A stretch of DNA of 64,000 nt from an uncultured Planctomycetaceae bacterium (GCA_963785305.1 CAWAUV010000005.1:448001-512000); one strand, 5' to 3'; numbered from the stretch's first letter, positions 40,404-54,028 are shown. Translations and numbers: made by a program. Notes: a model not told the origin generated them from the sequence alone.

Positions 40404-41714
40404 TCACACATACATATTGATCAGATTCTCGAACAGCTCTTGCCGCCCGCTCTTGTTTTGTGCGGCTTCGCCCTTGGCGAGCATGTATTTCTCGAGCGAG
40501 GCGAAGCTGGCCTTGCCCGCTTCGATCTCGGCGCCCACGCCCTCGCCCCATGAGGCATAGCGCTCGGCTCGCAGTTTGTCGAGCGCGCCGTCGGCCCGAA
40601 TCGCGGCCGCGATCTTGAGGCCCCGGGCAAAGGCGTCCATGCCGCCGATATGGGCATGAAACAGATCGACCGGCTCGAAGCTTTCGCGGCGCACCTTGGC
40701 GTCGAAATTGATGCCGCCCGGCGCGAGGCCGCCGAACTTCAAGATCGAGAGCATGCAAGTGGCGGTCAGATAGATATCGGTGGGGAATTGATCGGTGTCC
40801 CAGCCCAGCAGCATGTCGCCGGTGTTGGCGTCCATCGAGCCCAAGAAGCCCTGGCTGCCGGCGTATTCGATTTCGTGTTGCATCGTGTGGCCGGCGAGCG
40901 TGGCGTGGTTTGTTTCGAGGTTGAGCTTGATATGTTTTTCGAGGCCGTAGGCGCGCAAGAAATTGATGCAGGCGGCGGCGTCGAAATCGTATTGATGCTT
41001 GGTCGGCTCCTTGGGCTTGGGCTCGAAATAGAACTGCCCGGTGAAGCCGATCTGCTTGGCATAGTCGACCGCCATGTGCATGAACGCGGCCAAGTGGTCG
41101 AGCTCGCGCTTCATGTCGGTGTTGAGCAGATTCTGGTAGCCTTCGCGACCACCCCAGAAGGTGTAGCCCGCGCCGCCGAGCTCCTTGGTCACTTCGATCG
41201 CCTTCTTTACTTGCGCCGCGGCGTAGGCAAAGGCGTCGGCGTTGGGGCTCGTGGCGGCGCCGTGCATATAGCGGGGATTGCTGAACAGGTTCGCCGTGCC
41301 CCAGAGTAGCTTGACGCCGGTGCGATCTTGTTCTTCCTTGAGCGCGCGGACCACGGAGTCGAGGTTCTTATTGCTTTCGGCGAGCGTCTTGCCCTCGGGC
41401 GCCACATCGCGGTCGTGGAAGCAGTAGAACGGCGCGCCGAGCTTTTCGATGAATTCGAACGCCACGCGCACCCGCGCCACGGCGCTCTCGACCGTGTCTT
41501 GGCCGGATTCCCAGGGGCGGATCATGGTGCCGGGGCCAAACGGATCGCCGCCCGTGCCGCGGAACGTGTGCCAATAAGCGACCGCGAAGCGAAAGTGATC
41601 TCGCATCGACTTGCCTTCGACCATTTCGTTTTCATCGTAATGGCGGAAAGCGAGCGGATTCTTGCTCTTCGGTCCCTCGAACTTGATCTTCGAAATTTCG
41701 GCAAAGGCGGTCAT
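40404..41714 (-). CDS. xylA: Xylose isomerase
   Basis: [53 protein letters not shown]. Confidence 0.97.
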   Translation of the reverse strand: MTAFAEISKIKFEGPKSKNPLAFRHYDENEMVEGKSMRDHFRFAVAYWHTFRGTGGDPFGPGTMIRPWESGQDTVESAVARVRVAFEFIEKLGAPFYCFHDRDVAPEGKTLAESNKNLDSVVRALKEEQDRTGVKLLWGTANLFSNPRYMHGAATSPNADAFAYAAAQVKKAIEVTKELGGAGYTFWGGREGYQNLLNTDMKRELDHLAAFMHMAVDYAKQIGFTGQFYFEPKPKEPTKHQYDFDAAACINFLRAYGLEKHIKLNLETNHATLAGHTMQHEIEYAGSQGFLGSMDANTGDMLLGWDTDQFPTDIYLTATCMLSILKFGGLAPGGINFDAKVRRESFEPVDLFHAHIGGMDAFARGLKIAAAIRADGALDKLRAERYASWGEGVGAEIEAGKASFASLEKYMLAKGEAAQNKSGRQELFENLINMYV

Positions 41715-41927
41715 GGCTATTTCGGCTTCTCTGGGGGTGGCGAATGCGGTTGGATGCGATGCGTGAAAACGTGCCCTATGGTGGCACAATCGCGGCGTTT
41801 CGGCAAGCCGCCGCCCGCGGAGGAAACCGGCGCCGGTTCACTCGCCGCCGGGCGCCGCTTGTCTTCTCGCCCGGCTGGCCGCGAGGAGCGGGAAAATGCC
41901 GAACCAATCGCCCGATTCGGCCGCTAG

Positions 41928-41954
41928 CCGCCTGTTGGAATATTCAACAGGCGG
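41928..41954. repeat. 27-bp palindrome, solo MITE end, abutting the corrected yihY stop
   Basis: CCGCCTGTTGGAATATTCAACAGGCGG flanked by CTAG / CTAC. Confidence 0.75.
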
Positions 41955-42842
41955 CTACGAGGCGTCGTCTTTGGGGTGGTCGAGCACTTGCACCATTTGC
42001 GCCGAGAAACAGGAGCGTGCTGGCGTAGTAAACCCAGACCATCATCGCCAGAAACGCGCCGATCACGCCATAGGTGCTGTAGTTGGCGCGGCCGATCACA
42101 TAGGCCAACATTCGGCGGCCGACTTCCCACACCAGGGCCACGAACGCTCCGCCGACCAAGGCATGGGGCCAGCGCACCGAGGGGCGCGGCAATATCTTGT
42201 ACAGCGAGGCGAACACCAGCGCATTGATGGCGATCGTGATCGGAGTTTGAAGCTCATCCCATCCAGAGATGTTCATATGATGGTGGCTGGCCCAATCGCG
42301 CACCACGGTGAACACAATGCCCGCGAAGAATAGAATCACGATCAGCAGTCCGAGCGCGAGCAGCACCAAAAACGCTTTCAACCGATTCGTGAGCACATCG
42401 AACAGGACCGACCACCAGCCGTGGACGACGGGTGTCTGGTCATGCCAAATACGGCTAAACGCGGCGTCGAGTTGGCTGAAGATGCCGATCGCGCCGAAGA
42501 GCAGCGTCACCAAGCCCAGCGGACCGCCGACCGTGGCGTTGAGTTTCACTTCCCGCAGAATCTGCTCGACACCCTCGGCTTGGGCCGACGATGTATTGCG
42601 CTCCACGAGCAAGGCGACAATCTGTTGCTGTGCGCCTTCGGCGAACTGTTGGCGCTTTCGGCGAATCCAGGCGAATAACGAAGCGCGAAGCCCAGCGCCG
42701 AAATGAGCACCAGCAAGAGCGGAAAAAACGACAGCGCCGCATAATACGACATGGCCGCCGCCAGGACCTGACCCTCGTTGCGACTCCAACGCGCGAACGT
42801 CTCGTGAATCACCGGCCAAATGCGAGGCAATGGGTTCTTCAT
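41955..42842 (-). CDS. YihY/virulence factor BrkB family membrane protein (frameshifts near 42665 and 42000)
   Basis: LAAAMSYYAALSFFPLL, LYKILP, YGVIGAFLAMMVWVYYAS. Confidence 0.85.
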
Positions 42843-42856
42843 GCTCGACGCTCGCT

Positions 42857-43291
42857 TCAACTGGGGCGGTCGCGCTCGAGTTCCTCGAGCGATTCCAGAT
42901 TGGCCCGCGCCGCGCCAAGCGCTTCTTCGGCCAGTGATCGCGATTCGCGATCGCTGGCCAACTCGGCGACGCAGTTCTCGATTCGACCGATGTGTCGACG
43001 CTGTTCGTCCAGCAACTGCCGCAGCACATAGTCGAACCCGAGATCGTTGAGCCATGTATAACGCTCGGAAAAATTGCCATGCGGCGGATTGCCCGCGAGC
43101 TGCTCGACCCGCTGGGCGATGCGTCTGGCCATGCGCCGCTGGTCGGCCGCGATTCGAGCGACCGCTTCGAGCGGGCGGCGCTCGTTGCCATCGATCCAAG
43201 GCGCGGCGCCCTGCAAATAGACGCAGAGCGAATAGTTTTCGAGCGCGAATAGTCGCGCGAGCGGTTCGTAAGCTTGCGAGGAACGCTTCAT
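42857..43291 (-). CDS. Hypothetical ferritin-like helical protein
   Basis: Four-helix pattern, SL..YL..AAPW and YTWLNDLGFDY; co-oriented after nuoN. Confidence 0.6.
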   Translation of the reverse strand: MKRSSQAYEPLARLFALENYSLCVYLQGAAPWIDGNERRPLEAVARIAADQRRMARRIAQRVEQLAGNPPHGNFSERYTWLNDLGFDYVLRQLLDEQRRHIGRIENCVAELASDRESRSLAEEALGAARANLESLEELERDRPS

Positions 43292-43359
43292 GGATCGAGC
43301 GCCTGTCGGCGGACGCGTGCAATGGGTGAGCCGGCTGGGTTCAGTATATTATATGCGGT

Positions 43360-45074
43360 TCAATATAAATGTCGGGCCGCGGCTTCGGCCCAGTGAAGTA
43401 AACTCGAGCCGAAAAGCCCCCACCACACGACCGGCGCCGTCATCGCCACCACGAAACCGGCCTGCCAGACCGAGCAGTCCGCTAGCGGCCCCGCGTGCGC
43501 CGGTCGCTCGAAGGCGACCACCTTGACGACTGCGCATGTAATAAAACAGCGAAAGGGCGGTGTTGAGCCCGGCGACGATGAGCACCGTGACCAGCCCGGC
43601 GTCGTAGAGCGAGGCAAACACGAAAAATTTGGCGAAGAATCCGCCCAGCGGCGGAATGCCGATCAAACTCAAGAGCAAGATCACGAACGAAATCGCCACG
43701 ACCGGCGCCCGTTGCACGAGTCCGGCATAGTCGGCGATCGACTCGCTCCCATCGGCGTTGCGCACCAAGGCCACGACGGCAAAGCAGCCGATCTTCATGA
43801 ACAGATAGACACCGATATAAAACGCCAGCGCCGCGATGGCCTGTTCGGCGGCCGTTGGGTCCTTGTCCACCAAGAGCAGCGCCGCGGCCACGGGCATCAT
43901 CATGTAACCGGCCTGGGCGATCGTGGAATAGGCCAGCAGCCGCTTGATCTCGGTTTGCCCATAGGCGGCCAAATTGCCGAATGTGCAAGTCACCGCGGCC
44001 AAGAGCGCGATCAGCTTGGCCAAAAACTCCCGGGCCGGCGCCAGTTCGCGCGTTTCCGCGGCCAGGGCCGGCGCCGACCGCGGCGGCGATGGGGCTTCAG
44101 CGGCGGCGCGCGGTGGATTCTCGCCGGCAGTATTCGGGGCCGCGAAGGTCGCCGGCGCGGCGGTGGCGTCGCTTACCGCGAGAGCCGAATCGGCCGGCAA
44201 ATAACAGACCGCCATCGCCACGCGCGCCAGCAACCCCAGGGCTGCCGTCTTCGAGGCGACGGACAAAAACGCGTCGACCTCGGCGGTCTGCGCCCTCGAA
44301 CACATCGGGACACCAAAAATGAAACGGCGCCGCCGAAAGCTTGAACGCGATTCCCACCAACACACATAGCGCGCCCAAGGCGAGCGCGGTCTTCACACCC
44401 GGCGTTGCCTCGTCGCTAGCCAGCAGCAGGCTTAAGCGCGAGGCCATCGTGGGCAGGTGCGCCGTATCGAGCAGCCCCACGAGCAAACTGGCGCCATAGA
44501 GCATCACACCGGCCGCGCCCGCGCCATAGACCGCGAACTTGAGCGCCGCTTCGCTCGCGCGGCGATGTCCCTTGGCCAGTCCGGCCAAGGCATACGACGG
44601 CACGCTCGCCATCTCCACGCCCAAAAAGATCATCAACCAGTGATCGGCCGCCACCATCAGACACATGCCGATCGTGGCCCCGAGCAGCAGCGGATAAACA
44701 TCGGGCGCCGAGTCGCGATCGGGCACGCCGGTCAGGCGCGTGAGCACGATCACCAGCGCGAGCGACACCAATATCGCGGTGCGCGCAAAAATCGCGAAGC
44801 CGTCGTAGGCCAACATTTCGGTAAACGCCGTGGGTCGCGCGACCGCCAGTGGATTCAGCGGACCACTCGTCAGGAACTCGGGCCACGAACACACCGCCGC
44901 GGCCACGGCGCCCGCCAGCGCGATCCAGCAGGAATCGATTCGCGGCGCGAGCATGCGCGCGAGCAGAATCAACAAGATCGTGCCCGAGAGTATCAGCTCG
45001 GGCGAGAACCACCCGCAGCTTGCCGTGGTGTCGGCGACGAGGCGCCGCATGATCTGTTCGAGGGTGTCGGTCAT
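43360..45074 (-). CDS. nuoN: NADH-quinone oxidoreductase subunit N (frameshifts near 44295 and 43530)
   Basis: EMASVPSYAL, SEAALKF, FKLSAAPFHFWCPDVFEG, KRLLAYSTIAQAGY, SLIGIPPLGGFFAK. Confidence 0.9.
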
Positions 45075-46863
45075 CGTCGCGCGGCGTCCTGGGAGTCGGG
45101 GCGGACGCCTTCGCGGGCGGGGTTCGCATCGTCGCCAGCGCGAACGATCCTTGGCTGCTCGTCGGCCGCCAGGCGCCGGTCTTTCACATTGCGCGTCCAG
45201 GCGGTGAGATCATCGACCTGGCGGTTGATCGTGGGCGTCATGTAGCGGAAGACGGTTTGCGGAAAGACGCCGAAGAAGATCGCCATCGCCAAGAGCGGCG
45301 CGGCGATGGCAAACTCGCGGCGCGTGAGCGGTGTTAGCTTTTCGGGATGCGGGCCTTTGTATTCCGGTCCCAGATACACGCGCTGAATGGCCCAGAGAAT
45401 ATAGCTGGCCGTGAGCACCACCACCGCGGCCGCGATCACACCCATCGCCGGGCTATGCTTCCAGGCGGCAAAGGTCACGATCACCTCGCCCACGAAGCCG
45501 CACATTCCGGGCAGCCCCATGGCGGCGAAGAACAGCCCCAACGCCAGTCCCGAATAGACCGGCATTCGCGAGAAGAGGCCGCCGAAATGATCGAGATTCC
45601 GATGATGCACGCGATCGTAAACCACGCCGACCATGAAGAACATGGCCGAGGCGATAATGCCGTGGGCGAGCATCTGAAACATCGCGCCGCTGACGCCCAT
45701 TTTCCAGCTCGAGGCGTCGAACTCGGTTCCGGCCCAAGCCGACCACGCGGCGATGCCGAGCACCACATAGCCCATGTGGCTGACCGAACTATAGGCGACG
45801 AGGCGTTTGAAGTCGCGCTGCCCGAGCGCGGCCAGGGCGCCATAGACCATGCTCGCCACGCCCACGAGAGCGACGAGCCAAGTGAGATCGTGGGCGGCGT
45901 CGGGACACACCGGGTAGCAGATGCGCAAGAGACCGTAGCCGCCCATTTTGAGCAACACTCCGGCCAAGATCATGGAGATCGGGGTGGGCGCTTCGACATG
46001 GGCGTCGGGCAGCCAAGTGTGCAGCGGCACGACCGGAATCTTGATCGCGAACCCCACGAACAGCAGCACGAAAGCCCACCAGCCGATCGACCGCCCCCAG
46101 AGAGCCGGCTCGTCGAACAGTTCGGTATGCTGACCGATTTGCTGAAGCGCGAGGATATTGAAGGTGTGGGCCTGGCCAACCCGCGCGGAGATCGCGGCGA
46201 CTTGCTCGCGCCGGGTCTCGGGACTGGCCGCGGAATCGATCACATGCGCGGCGAGCAGTTGCGGCTCGGAGAGTTTTTTCAAATCGCTGTTGAAGTACAG
46301 CATCAGAATCGCGATCAAAATAAACACGCCGCCCAGCAGCGTGTAGAGAAAGAATTTGATCGCGGCATATTCCCGCCGCTCGCCACCCCAAAGGCCGATG
46401 AGAAAGTACATCGGCAAGAGCATCACTTCCCAAAACACGTAGAACAGAAAGAAATCGAGCGCGAGAAACACGCCCAGCATGCCGGTTTCCAGAAGTAGAA
46501 ACAACACGCAATAGGCCTTGACATGTCGCTCGATCGTGAGGCTCGCCGCCATTGCCAAAAAGCAAATGAGCGCCGTGAGCGCCGACCAGCGGAAAGCTGA
46601 TTCCATCGAGGCCGATGAAATAATCGATGCCCAGCGATGGCAGCCACGGCCGCGCGAACGTGTGCTGCATCGCGGCCTCGGCCGTGTCGAATCCCAGCGG
46701 CGCCTCGGCCACGAGCATCAGCAGCGTCAGCGCGAACACGACGCCGGTCGCGGCCAGCGAAATGGTTTTGATGAGCTTCGTTCGCGAGCTGGGCGCCAAA
46801 AGCAGCGCCGAGCGCGACCATCGCCGGCAAGAACAAAATCGAACTCAATAAGACACTAGCCAT
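45071..46863 (-). CDS. nuoM: NADH-quinone oxidoreductase subunit M (frameshifts near 46800 and 46585)
   Basis: FYVFWEVMLLPMY, HTWLPDAHVEAPT, LLKMGGYG, AYSSVSHMG. Confidence 0.92.
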
Positions 46864-46948
46864 GAATCGTCCGCGCGGGTTTCTGAGGATTCGCTTGAAT
46901 TTCCGTGAAAACATCGCTCGCTAGTCGACCGCCGCGAGCTCGCGGGTC

Positions 46949-49392
46949 TCAGGTCATCGTGAGCGCCCAGCCGATGAGCACGAACAGCGTGACCGTGCCC
47001 ACGACGATAAACAACACATATTGCCGCAGCCGTCCGCTCTGCGCTCTGCGGAGCGAAAGGGCCAGTGAATAGGTTCCATCGGCCACGGCATTCACGAGCC
47101 CATCGACGAAGCGACGATCGAAAGCGTCGTCGAGCCGCGCCAGCCATCGCGTGCCGCGGGCCACGCCATCGATCACCCAGTCGATCCAGCGGCGGTCAAT
47201 CGTCGCCGCCAGCCGGGCCGCTTGGAGAGTCGGTCCGACGATCGCCCGGTCGTAGAAGCGGTCGATATACCAGGCATTTCGCAGCAGGCGATAGATCGGC
47301 GTGAACTGCTGCTGGACATCGCGCGGATCGAGCAGGCGGAGGCCATGGAATATCGTGGCCAGAATGATTCCGGCCAGCCCCATCAGGCTCGCGGTCCAGG
47401 TGGCTTGGCCGTGAAAGGAGTGGGCAGCGTCGGCCGCGGGATACCGCAGATTGTTCATGAGCTCGCCAGCAAGCGGCAGATCGACGCCGGCCGGCCCGCG
47501 GCCCCGAGCAAGCTTTCGACGCCGAGCCCGCCCACGCTCCAGCCCAAGCCCACGGCCAAGATCGCGAGCGCCACGAGCGGCAGCACCATCGAGCGGCCCG
47601 ATTCATGCGCCGCCGCGAATTTTCGCCGGTCGCGGCATTCGCCCGCGAAGGTCATGAGCCACAGGCGAAACATGTAGAAAGAAGTCAACGCCGAACCGGC
47701 CAGCGCCGCGAAATAGAAAATGGAAAGGCTGGGATTCGCGGCGCGAAAGGCGAGCGTTTGAGCCAGGATCGCGTCTTTCGAGTAATAGCCGCTCAGGCCG
47801 ATGACTCCGGGAATTCCGAAGCCCGAAATCGCGAGGCAGCCGATGAACATCGTGTGGGCGGTCCAGGGCATCTTGCGGCGCAGACCGCCCATGAGCGGCA
47901 TTTCGTTGGTATGCATCGCATGAATCACCGAGCCCGCGCCCAAAAAGAGCAAGCTCTTGAAGGCCGCATGCGTGACCAAGTGAAATAGCGCGGGCAGCCA
48001 ACCGCCGGTTCCCAGGGCGAGCATCATCAGGCCCAACTGACTGATGGTGGACCAAGCGAGCACCCGTTTGATATCCGTGGCCGTCACCGCCACGGTGGCC
48101 GCCAGACAAAAAGTGAAGCATCCGACGACGGCGACCACCAGCAGCGCTTCGGCCGCCAGCAGCGGATAGGCGCGGCCCACGAGATACACGCCGGCCGCGA
48201 CCATGGTGGCCGAATGCACGAGCGCGCTCACCGGCGTGGGGCCTTCCATGGCGTCGGGCAGCCAGACATGCAGCGGCGCTTGGGCACTTTTGCCCGCGCA
48301 GCCGCAAAAAATACCAAGCCCGGCCACGACCAGCAGCCAATAGCCCGCGCGGTGGGGTGAGCCCTTTTCGTCGCGCCATTGTTCCAAACGCGACGCGATT
48401 TCCGAGCGAGCCGCCGCGAGGCCCAGTCCGCCCGCGGCGGGCGTTTCGCCATCGCCCGGGCCCGGCGCGAAGTCCGCTCCGCCCAGCGCGTCGTTCACCA
48501 TCGGATCGCGATGCTCGCGCATGATGCGGGCGAGCTCCTGGGCGCCGGCGGATGCCAGCATTCCATCGGGCACCGTCAGGCGATGTTCATTTGCCTCCGG
48601 CCGCACGAGGCTGAAGAGGCCACGCTGGGGCGGGTCCCAATCGGAGTCGCCGAACTTGGGAACATCGCCGAAATCGAGCGTTCCCAGGCTGCCACATAGG
48701 ATCATCAAGCCGACCAAGAGCCCCGCGTCGCCGATGCGATTGACGACAAACGCTTTCATCGCGGCCGAGGCGGCCCGCGCCCGTTCGAAATAAAACCCGA
48801 TCAGCAGATAAGAACTGATGCCCACCAGCTCCCAAAAGGCGAACACCATCAGCAGATTGCCGGCGAGCACGAGCCCCAGCATGCTGAACGCGAATAGCGA
48901 CAAGTCTTGATAGAAGCGATGAAAGCGGCCCGGGCGATGAAGGCTGTGGCCGCCGCCCAGCGCCTCGGGATCGGCCAGCGTGTCGGCGAGTTCGTTGCGC
49001 ATGTAGCCGAAGGAGTAGACGTACACGCAAGCGGCGACGAATGTGACGACGACGAACATCACGACCGTGAGCGCGTCGATATAATAACCGATCGAAAACT
49101 CGATCTGGCCGAACTTGCCGAGCGCGAGCCAGCGGCCGGCGTGCGCGACCGGCGCGGGGAGCGAAACAGCGGTTGCTGGGTTCGTGGCGAGTCCGTGGGC
49201 CGGAAGCCACACCAACCAGAGCGCCGCTTGGGCCAGAATCGCCGAGAGCACGATCGCGCCGGTGGCGAAGAACCCGGCGGTGCGCTTGGAGCGCGCCGAC
49301 GATGGCCGCGCAATCGCCAGGGCCGCGAATGCGACAAGCGGCGCCAGCCAAGCGGCGGCCAGCAGTTTCGGCAATAGAATGCTTGCGTTCAT
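46949..49392 (-). CDS. nuoL: NADH-quinone oxidoreductase subunit L (frameshift near 47460)
   Basis: FWELVGISSYLLIGF, GKSAQAPLHVWLPDAMEGPTPVSALVHSATMV, HAAFKSLLFL, QSGRLRQY. Confidence 0.92.
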
Positions 49393-49409
49393 CGGCCTCG
49401 CGCGCGAGA

Positions 49410-49763
49410 TCAGCCCTTGAGCTCATCGGCCCGATCGACATCGACCGTGGCGTGATTGTTGTGGAAGTTGAGCGTGATCGCCAGCGCCACCGCCGCTTCG
49501 GCCGCGGCGAGCACGATCACAAACAGCGATATCCATTGTCCGTCGAGCCCGAGCCCGATCGGCCCCCAGCCGCCATCGGGGCGCAAGGTCTCGCTGCCGA
49601 AGGCGACAAAGTTGACATTGGCGCCGTTGAGCACCAATTCGATGCCCATCAGCACCCCTAGCGCGTTGCGTTTCGTGGCCATGCAGACGATTCCGGTCAC
49701 GAACAGGATCGCGCCGACCACCAGATAATGCGCCACGCCGATCGGCTCGGTGATCAAGTTCAT
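49410..49763 (-). CDS. nuoK: NADH-quinone oxidoreductase subunit K
   Basis: LMGIELVLNGANVN, LAAAEAAVALAI, LKG. Confidence 0.93.
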   Translation of the reverse strand: MNLITEPIGVAHYLVVGAILFVTGIVCMATKRNALGVLMGIELVLNGANVNFVAFGSETLRPDGGWGPIGLGLDGQWISLFVIVLAAAEAAVALAITLNFHNNHATVDVDRADELKG

Positions 49764-50422
49764 CGCGCCTCCCTATCGCCGGGCTGCAATCCGATCGGCC
49801 CCGCCCGCCGCTTGGGACGCGCCAAATACGCCGCTCCGATCAACACCACGAGCAAATGCACCGAGATGATTTCGAACGGCAGCAAATAGCCCGACATGCC
49901 GCGCGTGTCGCGCGCCGGGAGCCGCGAGCCGGCGGCGCTCGAGGGCGATCGCGCCGCATCCACGGGCGTCAATTGGTCGACGCGCGCTCCGAGCAATCCC
50001 AGGCCCAAGCGAGCGGCGGTCGGCGGCGACGCGTCTTGGGACATGGGCCGATCGGCGGCCGGCCACCACCGCGCCACCCCCAGCGTGGCTTGGAGCAAGA
50101 TCACGAGCAGCGCTCCGGCCGCCACGAGGCTCGCCACCCATTCACCGCCGCGAGCCTTCATGCTGACAAAGGGGCCTTGCGCCGTGAGCATCACGCCGAA
50201 AACGAGCAGCACGAGCGTGGCGCCGACATAGATCATGATTTGCGCCGCGCCGACGAAATCGGCTCCGGCGAGAAAAAACAGCCCCGCCGTGGCCGAGAGC
50301 GAAAGCACCAAATAAAACGCCATGCGCACTATATGACTCGACAGCGTCACGGCAATCGCCCCGCCGCACGCGATCGCCGCGAACACGAGAAAAAACACCG
50401 AGTGCCAGTGAATGTTCGCCAT
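49760..50422 (-). CDS. nuoJ: NADH-quinone oxidoreductase subunit J
   Basis: ADFVGAAQIMIYVG, YLLPFEIISVHLLVVLIGA. Confidence 0.92.
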   Translation of the reverse strand: MANIHWHSVFFLVFAAIACGGAIAVTLSSHIVRMAFYLVLSLSATAGLFFLAGADFVGAAQIMIYVGATLVLLVFGVMLTAQGPFVSMKARGGEWVASLVAAGALLVILLQATLGVARWWPAADRPMSQDASPPTAARLGLGLLGARVDQLTPVDAARSPSSAAGSRLPARDTRGMSGYLLPFEIISVHLLVVLIGAAYLARPKRRAGPIGLQPGDREAR

Positions 50423-50425
50423 GGC

Positions 50426-51627
50426 TCACCGGTCCTTTCCGGCCACGGCGACAGTCGCCGCGCCGCCCTCGCGAACATGTCCCGCCGGCGCGGGGCCCGC
50501 GAAGAGAAGTCCGCCAGGCAAGGCCCAGAGCCAAAGCGCGGCGCCGCCCAGCGATACGGCGGCCAAAGGCGTGCAGTACTTGAGGCACACGGTCATCACC
50601 TGATCGATCCGCAGCCTCGGCAGTGTCCAGCGAACCCACATCATGGTCGTCACGCCGAGCACGCATTTAACGACGAAGTTCGTCATGCCGAACAGATTGC
50701 CCAGATAATGCAGCACCGGATTCTCGGCCGCGGCGAGGCCCAGCCAATCAACCACGGGAATCGGGCCGTTCCACCCGCCGAAGAACAACACGGCGGCCAA
50801 CCCGCTCACGGCGAACATCGAGCCGTATTCGGCCATGAAAAACATGCTCCAGCGGAGGCCGGAATATTCGGTATGGAATCCGGCGACCAGCTCGCTTTCG
50901 GCCTCGGCCAGATCGAAGGGCGCCGCGATTCACGCTAGCCGTGGCGCAGGTGAAATAGACCCAAAACACGACGAACGTGAATGGATCGTGGAACAAATAC
51001 CAGTTCGTGAACCAGCCGCGCTGCATCTGGCCGATGGCGCCGAGGTCCATGGTGCCGGCCAGCATCACCGGCACGAGCACGCACAGGCCCAGCGGCGCCT
51101 CATAGCTTACTACCTGGGCTCCTTCGCGCATCGCGCCAAAGAGCGACCACTTCGACCCCGAAGCGTAGCCGGCCAGAATCACGCCGAATACTTCCAGCCC
51201 CAGCACGGCGATCACGAAGAACGCGGCCACATTGAGCCGCAGCGCGGTCCAGCCATCGGCAAATGGCAGAGCGAGGTAGCCGCCGACCGATGCGCAAAAA
51301 CTCACATATACCGCCACGCGAAACAGCAACGGATCGGCGGCGGCAGGCATCAGGTCTTCCTTGGTGATGAGCTTCACGCCATCGGCCAGGGTTTGCAGCC
51401 AGCCGAACTTGCCGCCCACGCGAGTCGGCCCGAGCCGATCTTGAATGCGGCCGGCCACTTTGCTGCTCGAGCCAAATAAAGACCAGCGCCCCGACCGCCA
51501 CCACATTCACCAGCAGCGCGCAATGGATGATCGCGGCCAACAGATAGCCGAGCTCGAACGCGTCGACCAGGCGCACGAGCGCGGCCGGAAGATAGTCGTG
51601 TGCGCGGGTGGTGAAAAATTCGGCCAT
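50426..51627 (-). CDS. nuoH: NADH-quinone oxidoreductase subunit H (frameshifts near 51465 and 50920)
   Basis: RIQDRLGPTRVG, LADGVKLITKED, GAMREGAQVVSYE, FFMAEY, RWTLPRLRIDQ. Confidence 0.92.
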
Positions 51628-51831
51628 GGCCGTTTGTCGAACGAAGCTTGATTCGGCGCCTCGACGCGGGAGGGCGCCGGGCGCGTAAAGCGTGGAATAT
51701 GGCACAAGCCATCGACTTATGGCAAGGGCAAGCGGTTTGACTCGGCGAAAAGGCGCCAAAGGGCGAAATCGCGATTCGAGCCAGCCGCGCGGCCGGCGGT
51801 TCGCCCAGGAATTCGACCGAAACCCGGGGGC

Positions 51832-54028
51832 TCAGGCCTGCCACATCATGAGCTCGAAATTCGGCGAGGGAACGGTCGTTTCAATGACCCCGTCGCGCGG
51901 AACGCGTTCGATGGTCTGCTCGATCGCGAGCGCCTCGACGAAGAACTCGAGCGGATCGCCCGTCGCTAGGCCCAAGAGGCGCCAGGGGACTGCCAGCTCG
52001 AAAATCTCGGCCGTCGCCACATCGATTTGGGCCGAGCCAACCGGCGCCCCGCCGTGGAGCAGTTCCGCCGAGGGCCGCGATTCGCTCGGCCGCGCGACTT
52101 CCAGCGCGAACCCCTCGGGCCGCGAGAAGCCGATCCGCAGGGAATCGACATCGGCCAACCGCACTCGGGCCGGACCGCCGCGCGTGTCGAGTCGGACGAG
52201 GAAACGCTCTTCGTCGAAGCCGAACCACAGGCCCGCGATTCGCCGGGTGTCGACCGCGCCCATGGCGCCGCGGGCAACGGTGGTTTCGAATCTTCCGGCG
52301 TTGAGCCACTCGAAATAACCATGGCGGCCGTCGATCTTCACATTCAGCAGGCTCGAGGGTTGCGTGTAGGGCAGCCGATCGCGCTCGGCGGCGCGAATCG
52401 GCCGCGCGAGCTCGCCCGGCGGCTGTTCGCCGAGCAGCGTGTAAATGTTCGCCAGATGCTTGCGGAAGAGCTCGTCGAAGAGTTGACCATGCGCGGTCCA
52501 GTGACTATCGCCAAACCACCAGAACCAATCACTTCCCTGGGCGATATACAACTCCTCCCAGGCCCGCTCAGAGCGGGCGAACGTGGACGCTGGCCTTGGC
52601 CGCGGGCATCGAGAAATTCACGTGCCTGGGCGACAAGGTCCCAGGCGCGGTTGCACTCGGGATGGCCGATCCAAACGCCGAAGTCGTGGTTGATCCAGGA
52701 ACCGGAAAAAATCTGCCCAATGCGGCCGGTGGCCGGATGCGCATCGAGATAATCGCTCACGCGCGTGGTTTGAACATGGGGATGATTCGCCAGGCGTTTG
52801 TAGAGCAACCGCAGGAATTCGACGCCGCCGGCGGGGTAATGCTCCCAGCAGTTGTCGCCATCGAGAATCACGCTCGCGAGCGCCGGCCGCGGGCCATGCT
52901 TCGCGAAGTCGCACTGCCGGATGCCTTCGAGCTTGCCGAGAAATTCATCGACCGCTTGCCGCGCGGGATAACGTGAATAATGAAATCCGATGCCATCGCT
53001 CAGCGCATGATCGCGAAAAACGACTTGCAGCCGCTTGCCGCGTTCGCTGATGTTCCACGGCTGGTAGAGCAGTTCCGGCGACCGCAGATAGCCCTGCGCG
53101 TCGCGGCCGACGGCGCCATGCAGCGAGGCGTTGAGCACCTGCTCGTCGGAGGCGATCCATTCGACGCCGGCGCCCGCCGCCAGCGGCAAGATCGCCGGCG
53201 AGACCGCGCCTTCGGCCGGCCAGAGTCCGCGCGGCCGCGCGCCGAAAAGCTGCTCATGAAATTCGAGGGCCCGCCGAGTTTGCGCCACGGCCGACTCGAC
53301 ATCGCTTTCCAACCGCTCGGGCAGGCGCGCCTGGGGCATCGCCTGCCGGGCCGATCGTTTGTCACAGAGCAGCGGCAAAATCGGATGGTAAAACGCGGTC
53401 GTGGTCAGTTCGACTTGGCCTGCTTCGGCGAGTTGTTTGTAGAGCGGAATCACTTCGCCCACGAGCGACAATTGTTTGTCGAGCAGCCACTGCTTTTCGT
53501 CTTCCGAAAAACCTTCGCCTTTGCGACGCAGCATGGCCAAGTCCGTGTCTTGCTCGAAGGCGATCGGATGGATCCAGACCAAGTTGTTCCAGACTTGCAA
53601 ATCGCGGAGATCGCGGGGGGTAAACCGCCGCGCCGCGGCGTCGAGCGTGTCGACGCCCAGCCCGCGCTGCTCCCAAAGCTCCCGATAGCGGCGATGCGGA
53701 AAAATCATGCGATCGGGCTGGACCATGAAGAAATTGTCGAGCAACCGCGCGACATCGGCCTCGCCCAGGCTATCGGCCGCCAATCGCGAGACGCGCAAGT
53801 GTTCGTCGACGGCGTGTGCTCGGAATAGGCGATCAGTTGCTTCAGCAGGCTCGGCGTGAGATTCACCGTGGCCCGCAGCTCCGGCGTTTCGCGGAGCAGC
53901 ATCGCCATGCCCCAATAGTCCTTGGCGGCATGAAGCCGCGCCCAAGGCATGGTGGCATGGCCGGCAAGATCATCGAAGTAATAGGGCTGATGATGATGCC
54001 AGAGAAAAGCGAGCGATAATGCCGGCAT
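51832..54028 (-). CDS. Glycoside hydrolase family 57 (frameshifts near 53815 and 52580)
   Basis: [58 protein letters not shown]. Confidence 0.92.
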
